Positions 10,662 to 19,200 of a DNA stretch of 22,991 nt are shown piece by piece. The position numbers were made by a program, and so were the translations under genes. The first letter of the stretch is position 1. Each line of letters begins with the position of its first letter. The notes beneath the pieces are model-generated. The model made no database searches, had not been told where the DNA came from, and saw only the letters and a program-made list of their open reading frames with translations. The stretch covers positions 62,001 to 84,991 of the forward strand of contig CAJVPI010000019.1 of NCBI GenBank assembly GCA_910592345.1, given 5' to 3'. The stretch is from Paraglomus brasilianum. Lineage: Eukaryota.

Positions 10662-11207
10662 AGGATGTCAGTTAAAAAGGACAAGTAATCTCGATGCGTC
10701 TTTCAAGAAATTATTCTCGGCTGCTCCCAGTGAATGAGGTTTGTTTTGATAATTGGTTTCATTGCTGATAGAGCATTCTATCTGTTATTATTATAAATTA
10801 TTAACGTCTAATTAACATATTATTGATGCCATATAACATTACGCCTTCAACGACTTTTCATTTAATAATTGGACCGTTAAGCCATAATTTTATGGCAGGC
10901 GCACCAGTTTGCTAATTGCGTATTTTTATCGAAAAATAGATGACATTGAACTTCAGTCTCAGCTGTCAATGTTCGCATCTAACAGGTAAGTATAACTTTT
11001 AAAAACTTTAACAAATAACTTTTCCTAAACTTGCTAAAAGAGAACCATCAAATAATTACCGTATTTCTCTGACACGAATACCCCGGGTATCTCCCTTGTT
11101 CGTTTTAGTACCCGGGGTACATCGTACTGATAGGGGGTACATATCTCGATTTGTTTCTTTAAACTTCTATTGGTTGCGGAATCATGTTCTCGAAATTGTA
11201 TATTATA

Positions 11208-11405
11208 CAGTCAGACCTCTCTAAATGCACGTTGTCGGGACCATAGTGAAAAAAATCCAAAAGTGTGCATTTAGAGAGAGTGTGCATTTACAGAGAGCAA
11301 AATATATAATGTTCTTATAAGCTGGGACTGAACCATACCGTGCATTTATGGAGAGTTTATATAGTGTGTGCATTTAGAGAGGTTGCATTTAGAGAGGTCT
11401 GACTG
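11208..11405. mobile_element. Tc1/mariner (pogo/Fot1-type) MITE, 198 bp
   Basis: Perfect 22-bp TIRs cagtcagacctctctaaatgca, TA target duplication at 11206-11207 and 11406-11407, and internal copies of tgcattta(g)agag at ~11267, 11283, 11341 and 11369. Confidence 0.93.
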
Positions 11406-11502
11406 TAGTAAGTAAAACATATTAGTATTAGTATAAACAGGGCAGGTGCAGATTGCAACTCTTCTTTTATCACCATCTTTCATACAAAACACATCTATAG
11501 AC

Positions 11503-14095
11503 ATGGATGCAATGGATGTGGACTACTCACTGAACTTGGTGGACTTCAGTATGAAATATGGTCAAGACCATCCAAAAGCAACTGTTAAGGAGGCCAGCAC
11601 TGCATATAAAAAATATACCTTAAATATCATCAGGACCATCCCAGAGCAACTATGGATTGCTATAAGGAATATCTTGAAGCACTTGGTAAGTAAGCTGCAA
11701 CACACATTTATTGAGAGGATAGTAATAGAGGAGCAATGGGGAAAATAGTTTGCATACTGTTACTGGTTTTGTGCTAAGAGAGACAGTTGGGCATTATTAT
11801 TATTAGTTGGGGCAGGGCTAGATTGTAGACATATGGGTTTGTAGAGCAGTAATGGAGAGAGAATAGTTGGAATACATTACAAACACAACATTGGGAGGAG
11901 TATAGAATAGAGTTTAGTAAATGGCAGGGCTGAATCATAGCAAAGCTAGGTTATATTAATATGGATATGGAGAGAATAGTTCAAATGCATTATGACATAC
12001 ATTGGAGTTGGGGCAGACTAATTTATACTTTCTTCTCTTGCATTCCTTTTGTCAAACCACCTTCTTAGGAGAAGGTAAGAAACATAAATTCTGAACTTGA
12101 AGGGCAAGAGACATTATAATTATGAATTAAATAAAGAAGTGGAGGGAAAATAGTTGAATGCATTATGACATGCATCAGGTACAAGAGAAGCAACAGGGCT
12201 CATGGAGTAGCCATGATAATGAGGGTAATGGAGGGTGGTCAAAATGCATTCCTTGGTATTTACTTGACTGCTCATTCTGATATTTTATCATATTCATTAT
12301 ATCTATTCCTACACATTAATATTCATATATTCAACCATTGTGGAATTTATTGTTGTTCTTCTGTAATTGGTGTGAAATCTGCTTACTCACCCACCCATCC
12401 ATATCCATACTAATACTTGTGTCCCTCCATAGTCATTGGTGAGTAACCTTCATATTTGCAACATACTTTCACAAATTTATTATTATGTCACTATTCAGTA
12501 TCTTTGGGGCTCATGGCATACATCTGACTAGGTGATGCTTTCCTCTTGCCATGCATTTTTTTAGCAACTGGATATGGAACACAATCTTCTTTCTTACTAT
12601 TACATTACTTGGACGGAATTGATCTACAGCTACCACACCTTCCACATGATACATTGATTCAAAAACTATATAATACTCTGACATTTACCACAGCCAGTGG
12701 TGGCAAGTTTCTTCTCTTCATATCACCTGCAGGATCTGGAAAGACTTCATTGTTGTCATTATTCATTCATTGCTATCCACAGTATGTTTGCATTTACATC
12801 TCCTGCATCAACACCAAACTTTCGATTGATGACCTTTTTGCAGGTAAAGTAACAGATACTCTGGGAAAGGTGTTTACTTTTTCAAGTAAACAACAGTACA
12901 TAATCATGTTGGATGATGCACAAGCACTTTACCATGACAAATCATTTTGGAGTACACTCATCAAAGTCACCCCAATGTTGATACCATCAAACATAAAATT
13001 CCTCATTGCTGCAACCCATTCCTTGGCTGGGGGAGTAGAAAGCCCTGCAGAATTCCAATATCTTTGGAAGCTTGGCAGAACAGATTTCCTGCTTTGTGAT
13101 GATGAGGCAAATCAGTTTCTTGATTTACCTACTGGGTTGCCCACTAACATGAGCACATTAAATGTCAAGAAACTGCTAATCTGAGAATGTAATGGACTTA
13201 TTGGTGCATTACAGATTTCTGTTGATTCTCTCACAACAAGATTTGCCAAGGACCCTTCTCCATCTGAAACAGATTTGATTACATATTACCTATCAGATAG
13301 TGTTGTGCAGCAAATGGCAAGATATTTTGGTAGCCAGCATTCAGGGCCAATCAGTCAGGTGCTCAAGAATGCACTTATCAAGTGTCTCATTGATGAACCA
13401 ATTATTGCTCCTATCAATGACATGCTGGATGTAGATGACAAGGATTCAAGGTGTTACACAAGCCTTATGAAGGCAGGTATTTTAGCACTTGGAAATGATG
13501 GATATACACTTCAATTCTCATCCCCCTTGGCTCTGAAGTATTATAGCAAGTGGTTTTTCCCAAAGCGTTCTTGCACCAAACCATCTTCACTCCATTCTCT
13601 AATTGTCAATGCCATTGGAAACATGTCTGCATCATTGCTTCAACAGTCAACAGTGAATAAGATGATTTCCCCAAAGAAGCTACATTCAAACATCTTTTTA
13701 TGGAAGGCCTTGCTTTGTCTACAGAGCCAACATGTGCCATTTGTCCTGAACTTTCAAAAGTATTTCCTCCTCCAACTTGTGCTAGCACTGAACACATTCA
13801 TGGAGAAGTTGATTTCTATCTCAATGGAACTTTTCAATGGGGCCTTGAATTGTTGGTGAATGATGATGGGATCACAGAACACATTGACCAATTTGGCTCA
13901 AATGGAAAGTACTCTCTCCTTGCTGTAAATGACTATGCAGTTATTGATTTTCATGGAAACAAGACTGGAAATGTTACAAATATTGTTCCCAACCCAAAGA
14001 GAATTACAGCTTTTTTTAAACTTGGAGATTTTTCAACATGCACATGCATCTTTGGATTGGACAAGGAACCCATTTCCATCAAGTTGAGAAATTAA
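11503..14095 (+). pseudogene. Crinkler (CRN)-like pseudogene: small N-terminal header + P-loop NTPase + restriction-endonuclease-like C-terminus
   Basis: Exons 11503-11685, 12069-12074, 12433-12438, 12565-14095. Walker A SPAGSGKTS, Walker B IIMLDDAQ, and C-terminal FPKEATFKHLFMEGL...ICPELS...GEVDFYLNGTFQWGLELLVN...EHIDQF...GKY...DYAVIDF as in CRN NTPase-REase proteins. Lesions: probable frameshift at ~11618, in-frame TGA at 13182-13184 (frame continues ECNGLIGALQIS), and a frameshift at ~13660. TATAAA at 11432. Confidence 0.85.
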
Positions 14096-14859
14096 AATAA
14101 AAAAAAGGAATTTGAACAGATTTATTTTGTTATGGGTTTTATAATCTCGCTTGTATTCTAAAAATCAGCCTCATTCATACTCTCACATTCTTTGTTTCCA
14201 ATAATAAATATTGTATCGCGGGAGAGCGTTCAGTAATTGACCAGACAATAATTCAGATAATGTTTCAACTGTCAACTATGGGCCTCGACTTTCTTGAAGT
14301 AATCATGCACGTCTTTTTTCTCTATTAGATACCACGAATCTCGAGTACTCGTTTGTTCTTAATACTGCAGTCATTGTCCGATAACGCGTAAGTGTAAACG
14401 GTGGGGTTTGTCACGACATCGTTTGTACTATTTATTATTAAGTCCGTGGCGTAAAATTTTCTTGTGAAACCGAATGTAAAAAATCTACCACAGCTATGTG
14501 ACTGTTTATATTTACACACCTCAAACCGCAAAAAGCACACAAAAAAATTTTGCTGTTTGTCTGTTTTGTTGTTCCTTGTCGCAATGTCAAAGAAAAATCA
14601 ATATGACTTGTGTTATGACCTCATCTATGATTCGTTATAACGAGAAATTTGGTAAAACGAACACTCTCTTTGTAACGAAGTCTAGCCTAAAGTCAAGTAA
14701 TATTCGGTATATTAATATTATTAGCTGAACAAAAATATAATGATTGCTACGGATGAAGAAAAAAACTACCAAATGCCGTTCATTACATGATACGCTTTAC
14801 ATAATTAACTATTAACACAAAAATACTCTTGGCCTACAAACGATGCAGAATATTCATAT

Positions 14860-14955
14860 TCACGTGAAATTGTATTAACCAATCACTGTACAGCACTGAT
14901 GAAAATTTTTAATTGCTACAACCAATCACCATGTTTAAACCTTATATCACGTGAT
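14860..14955. promoter_or_regulatory. Cluster of two E-boxes (TCACGTGA) enclosing two CCAAT boxes (AACCAATCAC)
   Basis: TCACGTGA at 14860-14867, AACCAATCAC at 14877-14886 and 14920-14929, ATCACGTGAT at 14946-14955. The target gene is unknown. Confidence 0.4.
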
Positions 14956-15024
14956 TAACTTAGCGACTAGGGCAATATACAAAAATCCTGCAACCGAACT
15001 TCGGTAACGGAACAACGAGGTTTA

Positions 15025-15140
15025 CTATTAAACCTCGTAATAACGATCAAATTTAAATATTGAAAAAAAGGGGGAGGAACACTTGCTTCGGTATAACAAA
15101 AATTCGTTATAACACATTTCGTTATAACGGGGTTCGACTG
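15025..15140. mobile_element. Degenerate pogo/Tigger-like MITE, 116 bp
   Basis: Reverse complement of the right end cagtcgaaccccgttataacga versus left end ctattaaacctcgtaataacga gives 16/22 matches, with TA on both sides. Subterminal repeats ttcg(g/t)tataac x3 at ~15087-15128; the same motif also occurs at ~14631. Confidence 0.7.
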
Positions 15141-16236
15141 TATACGGTATTATGAAGTCCATTTCGCAAAGCGGATGTAAAATGATCAAATTAACTGCGG
15201 TTAATTAGAAATTGTCATAAAGAAATTGACGTTGACTATTCGCATTGACAATGAATACGAGTGTGAATGCGTTTTTGATAAATCGTTAATCGCGTATCGC
15301 ATTTTTAGTCGCATCGAATTTCAGTGAATTTCGAATAAAATTTGCTGTGGATAATATCATTTCAATAGTTGGATTTAATTATAAAATAACAAGGACATAA
15401 AACTTGAGAATCTCCTTGAGAAGCAGGAAGACCAGGTTGACATACTGAATGTTCCTTATTTATTAATGAGTTTTTTCGTGGTCATTTGATCTTTCGCATC
15501 CGAATTGGAGAACTTTTCGAACGATTACATTTTGAAACTTTTACTTTGAACGTTCGAACTTAATTTGAAAGTCCTCAAAAGGGTTTATCTGTATACCTGT
15601 CAAGCGGCGTTTACATAAAGCTTTTTGTACATATCATCTACAGCAGTTGTGGCATGCATGTGTAGTCTGTAATTATCAAAACGAAAGAATCAATTATTTT
15701 GTACTCATTCAGACAATGCTGCAGTGAAAGCCGTTTTGATATGACGATTAGGTAATCTTAATCTCAATACGGCAGACCGCAACCAAACACTTTTATTAGA
15801 GATTCTTGAATTGGTAGTTTTTAGTCCGCACTTGAGGGTTAGTATTAGCAGTTGGTGAAACCAATAGTCAATCATTAAAAAGAGCCGTCCCAATCGAGTT
15901 CCACTTATCAAAGATCCTTTTTGTATGATCGCTAACACTCATGAATCAATATGTCGTAAATCCATAACAACCGCATAATTTGCTGAAATTGACCTATCTT
16001 GTTATGGGTCTCGAGTGGTTGGCATCATGAATTCGTGTTACCCTAGTTGTTATACCAGTACTTTGTAATAATAGGTCTATTAAAGTTTTTACACAAACAT
16101 GAATGATTCCAAAAAAGAATTAACAATACATTACATCATAGTAATAGTTTCATCATAATCATCAACACCGTCAACATCGCCATCGTCAATATCCTTCGTC
16201 GATGCGACAGAGACAGGGATAGAGATATTGCAAACC

Positions 16237-19200
16237 ATGTTTTCTGACAATCCCAAACAATGGCTAGAAGAGAGCATTCACGAAGGACATATCCAACATT
16301 ATCAAGACGCAGATTTGTTGGACCGCACTGTAATTGCTACTAGAGGATTTGTCGTTGTGTACAAAGCATTGGTGAGACATTCTGGAACTCCTGTTGCAAT
16401 AAAGTCGCTCGACACAAGACAGGAAGAAGCATATTATGAGCAACTTGTTAAAGAGGTATGTAGCAAACTATTTTATTGCTTTCCGTCATGTGTAGCCAAT
16501 TCTCACTTTATTATTGTAACATTCAGCTTCGCGATTACCGACGGGTCAATAATCATCCGAGTCTTATTCAGTTTCTCGGTTTAAAAAAAGGTATTAGTAT
16601 ACTTGGCAGATGCGCCTTAATTGCCCAATTTACAATAATTATTCACGCGCATTATTTTGACAGATGCAAGAGGATATTACCAAATGATTTTTGAGTTTGC
16701 AGATGGTGGGACATTACGCAGGCATTTGGACGAATGTTATCGAGTATTGTCATGGAAAGATAAGATTGCACTCGGCTTGGGTATTACCGATGGATTAAAG
16801 CATTTACATGAATTGGATATCATTCATAGGAATTTGGTATGATATATAACCATCTTGTCTTGATCCTGCATTAACTTTTACAACGAACCATGACGTTGTA
16901 AAATGTCACAAACGACAAGAATGCTGATTATCCGACTGTTAATTTGCAATCTACTAGTACTCCAATAGTATTCTCATTTGCAATGGCGTTGCTAAAATCT
17001 CTGATTTCGGACTATCAGATACAATGACAGGTTGCTTGCCCAAAAATGAAAGAATGATAGCGTACATGGATCCGTTAGTGCTTACTGAAGGTTTTCATGA
17101 ACGTGGAGCAAAATCTGATATCTTCAGCCTGGGAGTAATTCTGTGGGAAATTTCCAGTGGACAACCCCCATGCCAGGCTTTAGCAACAGTTGAAGACATT
17201 AAAAGATTTCGATTACATGGTTTACGTGATGAGCCAGTTTCCGGAACACCCGTTGACTATTCTGAATTGTATTCGGAATGTTGGGCTGAGGATCCTGACG
17301 AGAGACCACCTTGTAAAGAAGTTCACGAAAGATTAGAGCTGATGCTGAAACAGGCAGAAACACTCTCAGACGATTTAATTCAAAATCCATTAGGCGATTT
17401 TTTGCATGAGAATTCTACAGGCGAACTTAACAGAGCATTGGAAATTGAAATCTATCGAATGTTGAATCAATCTGTCAATACATCGAGATCGCGGTGGTCA
17501 TGCTATTCATTTTCGGACACGACATCAATATCTACATCACGATGGTCTTTTTATTCACATTCGAACAATACAACGGATGATTTTGATAGGCCAACGGATA
17601 ATAATTCAGATGATGGGTTTATTCTGGGAACAAGAGGGGATGCTTATCTTATGCTCAACCAATTTGACCGTGCATTGAGCGAATTCAATAAAGCATTAGA
17701 GAATGAACCGGATGATGCACGGGCATTGAGAAGCCGAGCAGTTGTATATCGTATGACCAATCAGCACAGCAACGCGTTGAATGATCTCAATCGGTCATTG
17801 GAAATTGAACCAAATAGCGCTGTGGCGTTGAGCAGAAGGGGAGAAGTCTATTGCTTGCTTGGTCAGTATGACGACGCATTGAAAGACCTCAGTAAATCAT
17901 TGGAGATTGAAGCGAGCGATATATGGACATTAAGAATAAGGGGAGAAATCTATTACTTGCTCAAAAAGTATGACGATGCATTGAATGATGTCGACAAATC
18001 ACTGGATTTGGAACCGGATGATGTATTTTCATTAAGTAGGAGAATAGATATCCATGGTATTCTCAAGAAATATGACAAGGCATTAGAGGATCTCAATAAA
18101 GTACTAAAGATTGAATCGAATAATGCATGGGCATTATATAGTAGAGGGGAAATCTATCGTATGATAGGCCAGTATGCTGATGCATTGAGTGATCTAAACA
18201 AATCATTAGAGATTGAACAACGTAATGTATGGCCATTGAGGGCAAGAGGAGAAGTCTATCGCATGCTCGAACAATATGACAATGCCTTGAATGATTTTAA
18301 TAATTCATTGACGATTGAACCCGATGACGCAATCGCATTGAGAAGAAGAGGAAATGTCTATCGTTTGCTCAAGAAATATGACAATGCGCTGAGTGATTTC
18401 AAGAAATCATTGGAAATCGAACCAGACAACACATGGACCTTGAATAAGAGAGGCGAAATCTTTTGTCTGCTTAAGAAACATTACGATGCATTGAACGATT
18501 TTAGTAAATCGTTGATGATTGATCCAAATGATGTATTAGCATTGAGACTAAGAGGAAATGTTTACTACATGCTCGACCAGTATGATAACGCACTAGTCGA
18601 TCTCGGCAAATCGTTAGAAATTGAAGAAAACGACGCATGGACGTTGAGAATAAGAGGAGAAGTCTATTACATGCTTAGTCAGTATGACCTTGCATTGGAC
18701 GATATTAATAAATCATTGGATATTGAGCCATATGATGTACATACTTTGAAACGAAGGAGGGATGCCTATCGTAAGCTTGATCAATATTATCGCATGCGGG
18801 ATCAATATAATGTATTGAACGATTTCAGTCGACTACTGGCAATCGAACCAAACAACGTAGTTGCATTGGGCCAAAGAGGACGCGCCTATTTTGATGTTAA
18901 ACGGTATTCTGATGCATTGAACGATCTCAATAAAGCATTGATGATTGAACCAATGAACGCGCATTTATTATGTATAAGAGGAGACGTCTATAGAACACTC
19001 AATCAGTACGTCAACGCATTGAATGATCTTAATAAATCATTGAAGATTATGCCTAATCATGCGGATGCATTGAGAGTAAGAGGAGACGTCTGTTTCATGC
19101 TTGGTCTGTATCACAATGCATTGAACGATCTCAATAAATCATTGGACACTGTACCGAAGAATGCAGTTGCACTAAGTAGAAGAGCAGAAATTTATCTTGA

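Larger units (their letters stand above)
8688..11040 (+). ncRNA. Putative multi-exon non-coding transcript, or a fully decayed gene
   Basis: Ordered plus-strand donor/branch/acceptor sets of fungal intron size: 8855-8934 (GTAAAT..TACTAAT..TAG), 9237-9324 (GTAAGT..TAG), 9488-9546 (GTATGT..TACTAAT..AAG), 9632-9722 (GTATAC..GCTGAT..TAG), 10198-10295 (GTATAA..TCTAAT..TAG), 10455-10521 (GTAAGT..GCTAAC..AAG). Further donors at 9033, 9986 and 10986. No ORF of 60 aa or more lies here, and I could not assemble a reading frame. Confidence 0.45.

Noticed and set aside
7902..11405. CRISPR-like interpretation of the local repeats
   Set aside because: No identical repeats with regular unique spacers, no cas genes, and the context is eukaryotic.
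13182..13184. Selenocysteine or programmed readthrough at the in-frame TGA
   Set aside because: The gene also has two frameshifts, and CGA to TGA fits the block-wide CpG loss.
14093..14106. A-run after the CRN stop as a retrocopy poly(A) tail
   Set aside because: The gene retains introns, the run is short, and no TSD was found.
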